From Antedon mediterranea (Eukaryota; Animalia; Echinodermata): a stretch of DNA of 64,000 nt. The translations under genes were made by a program, and so were the position numbers. The stretch lies in assembly GCF_964355755.1 (NCBI RefSeq), contig NC_092673.1, positions 930,001 to 994,000 on the forward strand. Direction: 5' to 3'. Under the pieces are notes generated by a model. That model saw nothing but the letters and a program-made list of their open reading frames with translations. It searched no databases and had not been told where the DNA came from. The first letter of the stretch is position 1. Each line of letters starts with the position of its first letter. Shown here piece by piece: positions 11,574 to 23,733 of the stretch.

Positions 11574-12869
11574 ATGGAGTATCCTGATGAAAACATTACA
11601 TTGAATAATGATGATATTGATACCACCAATCATAAATCTTATCAAATTATTTTACCAGCCGTTGCAGTGACAATAGTCATAATCGCTATAATATTTGGGA
11701 ACTCTCTGGTTTGCATTGCTATCTGGAAGATTCGTTCGTTAAAAGGCATACAAAACTGGTTTTTATTTTCACTTGCCATTAGTGATCTGATGGTCGGTGT
11801 ACTCATTATGCCTTTTGGAATCGTTAATAAACTTCTTGGAACGTGGGTGTTTGGTAGTATATGGTGTCAAGCGTGGAAATGCCTTGATGTCAACGCATGT
11901 TCAGCCTCCATATTAAATCTCTGCCTTATAAGCGTTGATCGATATTTCTCGATCATCAAGGCCGTTAAGTACACGCGGTGGAGGAACGCGTTTCGCGCCA
12001 AAGTCATGATCGCGTCCGTCTGGATTCTGTCTGCCTTGATCTCATTACCACCTCTGTTTGGTTGGCAGGGTAACAACGATGACGAGGGTAGTGCAGTTTG
12101 CAGATTAAGTGACAATAAAGCCTATATTATATACTCTACTTTATGTTCATTTTTTATACCCGCGTTTATCATGGTTTACATATACATTCGCATTTGGTTT
12201 GCAGCTAAAAAACACGCAAGAACGTCTATTCGAAGTGTATCCGCAAAGACAAAAAAAACAAAAAAAGGGACGTATGAAATGGCAAATAACGCGACAGACC
12301 AGACTTGCGTTGACCAGTTAGAACCAACAAGTGGCGGTTCAGACGAAGTTGAGCCACCGTCATCACCACAAGAATCGTCACAAACTGATAACAATGAAAG
12401 GGACGAACAGGAGCAACCGAAATGGAAATGGGAAAAGAACGAAGAGGGACATACGACGCCAGGAAGAGATACCGTCATTGATAAAGATACTAAAGTTATC
12501 GGCTGTGATAAAACCGCTCTTGTTAAAGAAGGTGCGAAGGATAAAAACGGTTTAGCGACAGAAAATGGCAAACACGTCTCCAAAGAGTCGGAAATCGACC
12601 GGCAAAAACGGAAGCTAGCGCAAACAAGAGAACGGCGGGCCACGTTAGTTCTGGGAATAATAATGGGTGGTTTTATTTTATCGTGGTATCCGTTCTTCCA
12701 ATTGTACTTTATTACAGCGATATGTGAAAAATGTCACTTTCCAGATTTGTTATTTGCGTTTTTCGAATGGATTGGGTATTGCAACAGTGCAATCAATCCT
12801 CTCATTTATACATTTTTCAATCGTGACTTTCGAAAAGCCTTTAAAAAATTACTTGGATGTGGACGTTGA
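11574..12869 (+). CDS. ADRA2: Alpha-2 adrenergic-like (ADRA2 / Octalpha2-type) rhodopsin-family aminergic GPCR, 431 aa, intronless CDS
   Basis: Seven TM segments: GN in TM1; QNWFLFSLAISD in TM2; D105 (3.32); DRY; WxxSxxISLPP; S188/S192 (5.42/5.46); long ICL3 ending AQTRERRAT; W-x-PFF..Y378 (Y6.55, an alpha-2 hallmark); WIGYCNSAINPLIYTFFNRDFRKAFKK. Short C-tail with Cys; N-terminal NIT sequon; AAAATGG start context. Confidence 0.93.
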   Translation: MEYPDENITLNNDDIDTTNHKSYQIILPAVAVTIVIIAIIFGNSLVCIAIWKIRSLKGIQNWFLFSLAISDLMVGVLIMPFGIVNKLLGTWVFGSIWCQAWKCLDVNACSASILNLCLISVDRYFSIIKAVKYTRWRNAFRAKVMIASVWILSALISLPPLFGWQGNNDDEGSAVCRLSDNKAYIIYSTLCSFFIPAFIMVYIYIRIWFAAKKHARTSIRSVSAKTKKTKKGTYEMANNATDQTCVDQLEPTSGGSDEVEPPSSPQESSQTDNNERDEQEQPKWKWEKNEEGHTTPGRDTVIDKDTKVIGCDKTALVKEGAKDKNGLATENGKHVSKESEIDRQKRKLAQTRERRATLVLGIIMGGFILSWYPFFQLYFITAICEKCHFPDLLFAFFEWIGYCNSAINPLIYTFFNRDFRKAFKKLLGCGR

Positions 12870-13539
12870 TCCGTTTCACTAGTGGGATCACATTTGAAGA
12901 CGCGCTAGCGTCGGTAAAACAGCAGAAACGCCTAACATTCCTGTGTGGCCATTACGCTGTACAGGATTACGGTCAGTATATCGCGATGTTTCCATGTAAT
13001 AATTCTAGATTTATAAGAGTAACTATATATACATTAATATATTTTCATGAAGTATTTATCGAAATGTTAAGTTGATTACCTGGTCGACTAATGTGTCCTT
13101 CCAGTTAGTGTTAAACACTTATTGATTGTGTACTGGTTGCAGCTCATTTAGTATAAAGCATGCGCAATGTAATGAGGACGATGCCATTAGGGCATATGTC
13201 TTCTGTATATCTTCTCTATGTCTTTCAATGTAAACATACATGTGAATGTGTACATAATGTAAATGTATAAATTATCAGTTGTATTGTATATTTGAAGTTT
13301 ACTGGGATTGACTTGTAGGATATAAACATTAACATAGATTCGCAAAGTTATACTATAACATAGAATAGTATTACTGTATAAGCTATATAAAATCTTTATG
13401 GGGAAATGTATAATGATACGAATGCATAACCCGTGCACTGTACTGATGAAGTTCGGTAGGCCTATGAACTTTTACTGAAATGTAAGGGCCTATTGTTTGA
13501 CAGTGTAACTATACACAGCATAGTAATGTGGGAAATTGA

Positions 13540-13697
13540 TTGGTTTTTACCAGGACGCAACGCAATAAAGATATATGGGCAACGTAAGTTATTTGACCAA
13601 TCACAAGCAAAAGATCACCCAACTATTGCTTTTGATTGGCCAAATTACGTGTGTTGCGCGTAGATGTCACCTGCGTTAAAAATCCTATGGTAACAAA
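13540..13697. mobile_element. Degenerate Harbinger-type MITE, family A, in the putative 3' UTR of the GPCR
   Basis: AGGACGCAACGCAA, TTGACCAATCACAAGC ... GCTTTTGATTGGCCAAATTAC match family A. Confidence 0.7.
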
Positions 13698-15499
13698 TGC
13701 GTTATCCGTTACGTAATAACAATGTTAGCCTATCAACATCACTGTACAGCAGGAGTGCTTCTCAACTAACCAATCGATATGCTAATAGTTACGTGTAATC
13801 AAATAATTATATATTAAGGACCTACGTTGAGAGGTGAAAGAATCAATATAATAACATTATTAGATGATCGTCGTAGGCGAACGAACGCGCTCAAGTCCTT
13901 AGTGAGTGGGCACGTTACAAGAAGGGTACTTAATAACATCAATATAATACTAATACTGTATGGTTACATCGCTGTACTTAATTACATTAATATTATAGAC
14001 CAACACTTATACACATCATACGGTTAACGATCGTGGCACTTAGAACCAACTCAAAACTTTAAGCAACTCTTGATTTGTACTGGGATGACCAGCGCGTGGA
14101 TGATTCGATTACGTCTGGACCTCGTCGGACAACTCGTGTTAATGATCGATTGTATCACCCAATTACTTGATTTAGTCTAAAATCAGTACAATTAGTTCTG
14201 GTCTGATTTTGTTCGAATCCTAATTAAATTTAGACCAAATCACTACAAATTTAGAATTTTGTCGAGGTATTGGAGAAACCTTTCGTTATATAATGACCTT
14301 TACTAAGATTTCTGGTTATAACTGTACAATATACAATTGGATTACTTGTAATTCTCCCATACGTATACAATGCCAACAATTAGGTTATAAATACATTACC
14401 TTTAATTCCATTACATTCTATTGTATAAGACCAACATGTCATTACATAAAATTGTGTTACATTAAATTGTATTGCATTTACACTAAGGAACATTGAATTA
14501 TGTTTCCATTCTTCAAGTCTATAATGTATTTATCATCAATGCACAATATAATACAATATATTCTATTACCATAACATAATATACCACCACCAGTTTCACT
14601 AGTTAGATGTAATTATTATATTATTACATTCATATTATGTCATATTTCCATTCTGTTGGCCTACGTTGTATTCCTATCAACATATCAATAGATAATATTA
14701 ACAGATTATTTCATTATGTCTTATATATTCAAATACATTCAGTAATGGTTAAAATGTACGGTACATTACATTATAATATAACTCCAGTATCCAGTAGTGC
14801 CCCCCCCCCCCACCCCAATATATATTGATCACAGTGTTTTTATTTCCCTTCTTTCGTTTCCCTTTAACAAAATAGCATGAATTTACTACAGATAACCTAT
14901 GCATATTATTCAAGCCTGTAGCCTGAAGTGCCCTTTTAAAACTAAAGATCAGCAATGAAAAATGGTATATGGATATTACTAGCCTGTGACGATGTATTTT
15001 CCTTTTGTGAAAAAACGAACCTTCTGTAAAAATCTTGGCTATGGGCTTGATATTATACATAACAATATTGAACTACAAGCATTACACTACAGTATGTACA
15101 ACAAAAAACACAAGAATATAATACATCATTAAACCAGTATTAAAACACAATACAATTATACACACAACCATAAAAATACTAGCTAACATAATACTATAAA
15201 TAGCAATATCAATGCAAGTATGGTGGAAAAATACAATAGAGATACTGTAGTAAAAGATAGGGAACATTGATTCACTATTACCTGAAAACAATGCGTATAG
15301 CAATATAATACAAACATATAATATAAACAAAACCAAACATATCCACCACTCCCTCAAACAATAAGAATGTTGTACAGCCTAACATAGCTACTGTTCACAA
15401 CAACACAACAATAAAATCTACATAATAAAAAGGAACAACGGTCACACTATACAGCCACATCACAACCCAGCATACTTTAAATCAATATGAATCATCACA

Positions 15500-15805
15500 A
15501 AATTAGTATAACATACACACAACATTAACTAACATGAATCAACGTAACATACAACACAACAAAACACATCCCATTATGCAAAACATGTCACAACACATTA
15601 AACAGCACTAAACAACAGAAGGTAATGATTAATTACCTGTCTCAACACAACATTGCTGTAACATACACACATTCGACATAAACTAGCATTAATCTACGTA
15701 ACACACAAACATAACAAATCACATCCCATTATGCAAAACATGTCACAACACATCAAACAGCACTAAACAACAGAAGGTAATGATTAATTACCTGTCTGAA
15801 CACAG
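15500..15805. repeat. ~155-bp direct duplication in the degenerate flank of the satellite
   Basis: CACATCCCATTATGCAAAACATGTCACAACACAT...CAGAAGGTAATGATTAATTACCTGTCT occurs twice. Confidence 0.9.
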
Positions 15806-16419
15806 ATAAGATAATGTGAAACAACATTACTCAAAACTAACCGACATTATATAACGATAAATAACATGAAACAACACTAACCACATAACATTTACCACTA
15901 ACACAACATACTGTAAATCAACATTACTCAACACAACACTAATCCGATGAAACATAATGCCTAACAACATGACTCAACATAACACCAAGCATTACATGAC
16001 AAAAGATAATGTGGAATAACTTGGTTCAACACATTCCACTCGGCAGTAAACCGACAAAAGATAATGTTGTACAACATAGTTCAACATAACATAACACCCG
16101 GTACTAAAACGTATAATAAAAATAACATAACTCAATACAATATAGCAAACACACACATACACTAAATTGACACAGCATAATTTGAACGAAAGCAATGCCC
16201 AATAACATAGCACACAAAACTAACCGACATAACAGAATTAAAGTGCACAACATAAACCGACATTATGATAATAATAACATGACTCTACATAAGATAGACA
16301 CAGCTCTAACCGAAAATAAAGCGAAACAACGTTACTCAGCACAACACTCAATACTAAAAGACATAACATAATATGAAACATTACTAAACACAACAAAAAA
16401 ATACAGTACCATTATGCAC

Positions 16420-19400
16420 TAACTGACAACATGGCTCAACACAACATAGTACAATGAACTAAATTGACACAACGCAATGTGAAATGTGACCTAATGTAAC
16501 ACTAAACATTAATTCAACACATCACACCATCCACCACTAACTGACATAATGTAAAACAACATGACTCAACACAATATAGCATCCACCACTAACTGGCACA
16601 ACATAAAGTGACACAACATGATTCTACACAACATAGCATCCACCACTAACTGACACAACATAATGTGACACAACATGACTCTACACAACATAGCATCCGC
16701 CACTAACTGACACAACATAATGTGACACAACATGACTCTACACAACACAACATAGCATCCACCACTAACTGGCACAACATAATGTGACACAACATGACTC
16801 TACACAACATAGCATCCACCACTAACTGACACAACATAATGTGACACAACATGACTCTACACAACATAGCATCCGCCACTAACTGGCACAACATAATGTG
16901 ACACAACATGACTCTACAGAACATAGCATCCACAACTAACTGGCACAACATAATGTGATACAACATGACTCTACACAGCATAGCATCTAAAACTAAACCG
17001 ACACAACGTCATGTGATACAACATGACTCTACACAGCATAGCATCCACCACTAACTGGCACAACATAATGTGACACAACATGACTCAACACAACATAGCA
17101 TCCACCACTAACTGGTACAACATAATGTGACACAACATGACTCTACACAGCATAGCATCCACCACTAAGTGGCACAACATAATGTGACACAACATGACTC
17201 TACACAACATAGCATCCACCACTAACTGGTACAACATAATGTGAGACAACATGACTCTACACAGTATAGCATCCACCACTAAGTGGCACAACATAGTGTG
17301 ACACAACATGACTCAACACAGCATAGCTTCCACCACTAAGTGGCACAACATAATGTGACACAACATGACTCTACACAACATAGCATCCACCACTAACTGG
17401 CACAACATAAGGTGACATAACATGACTCAACACAACATAGCATTCAAAACTAAACCGACACAACGTAATGTGATACAAAATGACTCAACGCAACATAGCA
17501 CTCAAAAAATAAATCGACACAACATAATATAGCACAACATGACTCAACACAACATAGCACTCAAAACTAAACCGACACAACATGACTCAACATAACATAG
17601 CACTCAAAACTAAACCGACACAACATAATGTAGCACAACATGACTCAACATAAAATAGCACTCAAACTAAACCGACACAACATAATGTAGCACAACATGA
17701 CTCAACACAACATAGCACTCAAAACTAAACCGACACAACATGACTCAACACAACATAGCACTCAAAACTAAACCGACACAACATGACTCAACACAACATA
17801 GCACTCAAAACTAAACCGACACAACATGACTCAACACCACATAGCACTCAAAACTAAACCGACACAACATAATGTAGCACAACATGACTCAACACAACAT
17901 AGCACTCAAAACTAAATCGACCCAACATGATGCGAAACAACATTACTCGACATAGCATAGCATCAACTGCTAACTGCCATAACATTTACTCAACACAGCA
18001 TACTACCAGGTACATAACACTCAGAACTAAACCGACACAACATAATGTGAAACAACATGTATCAACACAACATAGCACCAAGCACTAACTGACACAACAT
18101 AATGTAAAACAACATGACTCAACACAACATAGCATCCACTACCAACTGCCATAATATTTACTCAACACAGCATACTACCAGGCACAACATAATGTGTAAC
18201 AGAATTACACAACACAACATAGCACTCAGAAGTAAACTAACACAACATAATGTGAAACAACATGCATCAACACAAAATAGCACCAGGCATTAACTGCCAC
18301 AACATAATGTAAAACAACATGACTCAACACAACATAGCACCAGGCATTTTAACTGACACAACATAATGTAAAACAACATGACTCAACACAACATAGCACC
18401 AGGCATTTTAACTGACACAACATAATGTAAAACAACATGACTCAACACAACACAGCACCAGACATTAACTGACACAACATAATGTAAAACAACATGAATT
18501 AACACAACATAGCACCAGGCATTATCTGACACAACATAATGTAAAACAACATGACTCAACACAACATAGCATCAGACATTAACTGACACAAAATGATGTG
18601 ACACATTACTGAATACAACATAGCACTCATAACTAAACAACATGGCACACGCCACTAATCGATATAACATACTGTAAAACGTCATGACAACATAAAGTAG
18701 CACTCAAAACTAAACTGGCACAACATAATGTAAAACAACATGACTCAACACAACATAGAACTCAGAACTAAACCGACACAGCATTATGTGACACAATATG
18801 ACTCTACACAACATAGCATCCACTACTGACACAACATAATGACTCAACACAACATAGCACTCAGAACTAAACCGACACAACATAATGTAACACAACATGA
18901 CTCAACACAACATAGCACTCAGAATTAAACCGACACAACATAATGTGACACAACATGACTCAACACAACATAGCATCCACTACTGACACAACATAATGAC
19001 TCAACACAACATAGCACTCTGAACTAAACCGACACAACATAATGTGATACAACATGACTCAACACAACATAGCACTCAGAATTAAACCGACACAACATAA
19101 TGTGACACAACATGACTCAACACAACATAGCATCCACTACTGACACAACATAATGACTCAACACAACATAGCACTCTGAACTAAACCGACACAACATAAT
19201 GTGATACAACATGACTCAACACAACATAGCACTCAGAATTAAACCGACACAACATAATGTGACACAACATGACTCAACACAACATAGCATCCACTACTGA
19301 CACAACATAATGACTCAACACAACATAGCACTCAGAACTAAACCGACACAACATAATGTGACACAACATGACTCAACACAACATAGCATCCACCACTAAC

Positions 19401-19540
19401 TGACACAACATAATTCAACAAAATAGCACACACCACAAATCGACACAACATTATGTTACATAATATCAAGTCAAACCTAATTATAGTATCCGATACTAAA
19501 TTGACACAACATAATGTTAAACAACATGACTCTATATAAC
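16420..19540. repeat. Complex satellite: 57-bp unit built from three CACAACAT-led subunits, with variant blocks and a 157-bp higher-order repeat
   Basis: Unit CACAACATAATGTGA-CACAACATGACTCTA-CACAACATAGCATCCACCACTAACTGG; gives the 19-aa repeating minus-strand ORFs. Degenerate ACAAC/ATTAC sequence extends upstream to ~14350. Confidence 0.97.
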
Positions 19541-22060
19541 GCATCACCAATATGTGTAAAAACACAAATATGATGTCGATTTTAATATATACAGTAATGG
19601 TATAATATATACAGTTTAATATAATATACAATAATATTTTATTATGCCGCAAGCCTTTCTTCTCGCCGAGGGTTTAAAGTGTAATGTACACAATGATTTT
19701 TTGTTGAATATTTCATAAAGTTCAACATCCGGGTGTTGATGATCACTTCATACAATTACACATTTTGTTAATGTCAAATAAAATTGTGAATGATTCCCGA
19801 ATACCTTCGAGATATAAATAATACGTGCGCATATACTAAGTATCAATGGGTATTTGACTTGATATGTACTTCTTCACACCTAGAGCAATGCACATTCATT
19901 TCATGTTATTAGTCTCTTATTTTACTTGATTTCCGCTCCTCTAAGGGTGACACTCGCTGAAACAAATCTACTTATTGTACGATGTGCTATAAATAGTTTA
20001 CCAATGTAATTCATAATCAATATATGCAGATCAATAGCTCCAAGTTCCAAATTATTTCCTAACATTTAGGAAAATCAGTGAAACCCTAAAGGATGGATAA
20101 TTAATTGATCTTGAAATATCCATATGTCATCGTACTATATTAAATACAAATTGTAATTTGTGACTGTTGGATATCTTATTCAAACTTTAGCATCATAATC
20201 ATGCCCTTGAGGTAACCGAATTTTTCATAAAATTCAAATTGTTGATGAATACGATCGTCAAAAAATATATTTTCTTTCATAGACAATTTAAATATTTATT
20301 CCTTAATCAAAACCCAAATACATATCACTCGTGATATAAGTACCCACAATCCCTCAGCTCATTATGTAATTGTTAGACTTGTAAACACTAGAGGCTGGCC
20401 AACACCAATTGCTCCCATACCTCATTATCACCTACATCTTACGTCTCAATTCAAAGCTAACCGACCGACATTTTAACGAACATTTGTAATTAACAGTTAT
20501 TCATTAATGACATCTCACAAAGAAATGGTGAAATAAGAGTGGGACATACCCACAAACGACACTACAACAAATAGCAGCTCACACTGCTTCCCACCACGAT
20601 AATTTACCAACAACAAATCCATCGAATATAAATCGTGGTACTTATCAGATTAGTTCGTGCATAACTATATATTTAATAATGTTGTTCAGTACTTTTCAAT
20701 AGCGAACATTCGTTTAACTTCAAGTCAGTTTTGCAGTAAATGCTTTGCTTAAATTACCAGCATTGTTAGATAATGGTTTCTAATAGATTTAAGCTTAATT
20801 TCCACGCAGAGACGTAAGACGCAATCACGATCATCCTTCATCGTATAAATTACGTTTCACTTGCTTAAACGTACAGAACGCAAATACAAAATGACCAAAC
20901 GGTTAGGGCAGGGTCGCCGTTTATCGTATCTAAAAAGACAACAATATCGGCATGGGTTTGAGGTCAACTCACTCCTAGTTCTGGTGGTGGAACAAGATAA
21001 TGACAATAAAACGTAGGTCCAGTGTACATAGTTTAAAAGTGTGCGCACTTTAAAGAACCCAGTTCTCTTCATTCGGAGACGATTATTATTTATTATTATG
21101 GTTTTTGAGCAGAATAGAAAACAATGATGTTCAACAAATAATTCATATTGACATATTCACAAAGAATGTAAATAAAATATCAATAGGCCTACACAACGTT
21201 ACCCACCTCCTGTAGTGAGCATATTGTATAATAATAATAATAACTCTATTGTAACAATAAATATATTGTGAACAATGATTCTATACTAAAACAGTAGTTA
21301 GAAGCAATGTATGTTTGCCAGGTAAGTTGCAATAATGTTAACAGCAATCAGACAACGCAATGCGTTTAACGCGTAATATGAAAAGATGACTGCGTCAAAC
21401 ACAAACTCGTTAAAATGTTTATAATGGGCAAAAACCTATTGTTATGTGCAATAGTACAGTACACCTAATTTACTAACATTGCTGGACGTTAATTTATTGC
21501 ATAAACGGGTGTGTGTTGAGTGGAGTTAAATAATTGTAAACAACAAGTATGTTCCTATGTGATATTTTTGGCGTAATTATAAGACCCTTAGTTCAAGATT
21601 AAAAAATAAAACTAGACGGATTTGTGCCATGTGTGTAGCTAAAGCATTCTTTTCTGGAGCATTCGTCTAATTCCGTCTTCTATAGGAACTAAGATTTACC
21701 AAAGAATGTGGTTAAAGGGAATTGATAAGTTTATTGAGCATATAATACAGAACAGTCTCCAATTAAACAGCTTTTAGTTTGAAATTGATAGTTATATTGT
21801 GTCGTTCCTTGGTATTCTAGCAGGGAGACGTGTACATCAAAGTGATCGATACACAATAATGTTATAATATATAATTTAATGACATATTGTTATATTAATT
21901 TGTGTTTTTAGTTTATGCCTCTGTGTTAAGTAATGTTAACAAACAATACTAAAAGCGAATTGTTGACATATAAAATGTAACATGTCACAAACATTAACAT
22001 ATATTGAAATAAAAGAAATGTTATATTACAAAATATTTATTATTTGTTATTTATTAAAGT

Positions 22061-22250
22061 GAATGATGACAATGATGATGATGATAATAATGACGATGAT
22101 GATGATGGTGGTGGTGATAATGATGATGATAATAGGGAAAATGATGATGATTATGATGATGACGATAATGATGATCAGGAGGAGGAGAATCATGATATAA
22201 TGATGACGATTAAAAAAAACACATGATTATGTGGATGACGATGATGACGG
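22061..22250. repeat. Degenerate (GAT)n microsatellite
   Basis: Direct reading. Confidence 0.9.
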
Positions 22251-23074
22251 TGCGAATGTTGATAACTGAGACAATATTTAAATATATATGCTCTAATGGT
22301 GGAAAAATCGAAACCCCTACAGCCGCAAGAGTAATATATCTAATTTATATCGAGAGAAAAAAATCACCAGATCTTAAATCATATTGAGCAGAGTAATATG
22401 GCGTAATTTACTTTAAATATTCATGAATATATTGGATATTATATCGAACAACAGTAAGAAAATCGTATCATATTTAATCGTATACAAATAACGTCAGCGT
22501 AAATTGTATAGGTCTATTGAACGTGGTACACTTGTAAAATATGTTTCTTTTGTGGGGAGACTTCTCCTTCATTAACTCATTGAAGGTTACGAGGCCATTG
22601 AAGGTCACGGGAACATTGAATACTACAATGTTGAGAATGTGTTGCATGAGACGTTTTCACACGATTGTTGTATGACGTAATTAGTAAGTTTATCAATACC
22701 TTTATTGAGTGATCGTCGTAACATAGTCATTATTGATAGCCGTCAATGTCGTCACCTTTGTCGCCGCTCCCGTATCATTAAACTACAGCTTCATTCATTC
22801 TCATAATAAAAACACATCAATTGTAATAATCTGCCGATACTGTTCAACGAATAGTGTGTATTGAATAATTAGCATTTGGAAAATTTATATCAATCAATTC
22901 ACTTCATAATTGGCTTAAACACTTTTAGTTACGACAAATAAGGGCAATGGCTTACAAAAATCAACTTATTATGCAACGCAAAGAGTACGCGCAACGCACG
23001 TTATTATTCATCTGATATAATTATAATCAAAACTCTCATCATGATCTTACTTGAATCTTCGGGCTCATGATTAA

Positions 23075-23473
23075 AGGCCCATTTACACTAGGACGATAAC
23101 AATCGACGATAAATAAACAAATATGCATTGCTGATACATAAAACAAAAGAAATCTAAAAAGTATTTATTCTAGGACTATTTAGGAACCATCTATGCTTCT
23201 TTTGATGAAAATGATATTTTCAGACGTCCAATCAAATGACGTCATGATTAGTAAGAGTAATAATATCGTGACAATACAACGATATTTTTTGTTTATTGAT
23301 CATGACGTCATTTGATTGGATTAAAAAAAAAATATTATTTTATCAAAGACAGAATAAATGAGTATTCTATAATTCTAGAACGAAAAACTTTCTAAATTAT
23401 TTTGTTTTATATAAGAAAAATGCATGCTTATCTATTTATCGTCGATCGTTATCGTCCTAGTGTAAATGGGCCT
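23075..23473. mobile_element. Harbinger-type fold-back MITE, family B (~400 bp)
   Basis: TIR AGGCCCATTTACACTAGGACGATAAC..ATCGACGATAAATA mirrored at the right end; arms complementary nearly to the centre; flanks TAA/TAG. Confidence 0.9.
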
Positions 23474-23479
23474 TAGGCA

Positions 23480-23660
23480 AATGCCTTTTAAACGCCCTCC
23501 ATTTCTTCTGTATTTATCTAGAATTGGTAGCAAAATTTATCTCCCATTGCTCTGTCTTTGTTTAGTTGATCCTCGAATGCATTTATGTTTTCTGCTTGTA
23601 CTGTAGTGTGGTATAGATTGTTCCATGTGTTGACGATTCTACTTGAAAAGGAGTGGCTTC
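23480..23660 (-). mobile_element. CR1 LINE 3'-end fragment
   Basis: Minus strand encodes SHSFSSRIVNTWNNLYHTTVQAENINAFEDQLNK, matching the CR1 ORF2 C-terminal motif FFSxRVVxxWNxLP..xxAxxxNxFKxxLD. Confidence 0.75.
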
Positions 23661-23733
23661 AATGATATACAACTAAAATATTCTATAGTAATAATTTTTC
23701 TATGACCCATTTTTGAATCATTATAATTTAAGC

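Noticed and set aside
11867-12643. Antisense and alternative-frame ORFs inside the GPCR (82, 155, 70 and 74 aa)
   Set aside because: Shadow ORFs of the real coding sequence; no independent motifs.
12867-12908. Stop-codon readthrough of the receptor (would add about 13 aa)
   Set aside because: Context is TGA-TCC, not the TGA-CTA(G) readthrough motif, and the protein already ends like an alpha-2 receptor.
16566-19652. Cys/Met-rich repeating minus-strand ORFs (metallothionein-like appearance)
   Set aside because: Translations of the 57-bp satellite, repeatedly broken by stops and frameshifts.
22044-22226. Poly-Asp ORF suggesting an acidic biomineralisation protein (also 46047-46730)
   Set aside because: Degenerate (GAT)n/(ATC)n repeats; no signal peptide or convincing exon boundaries.
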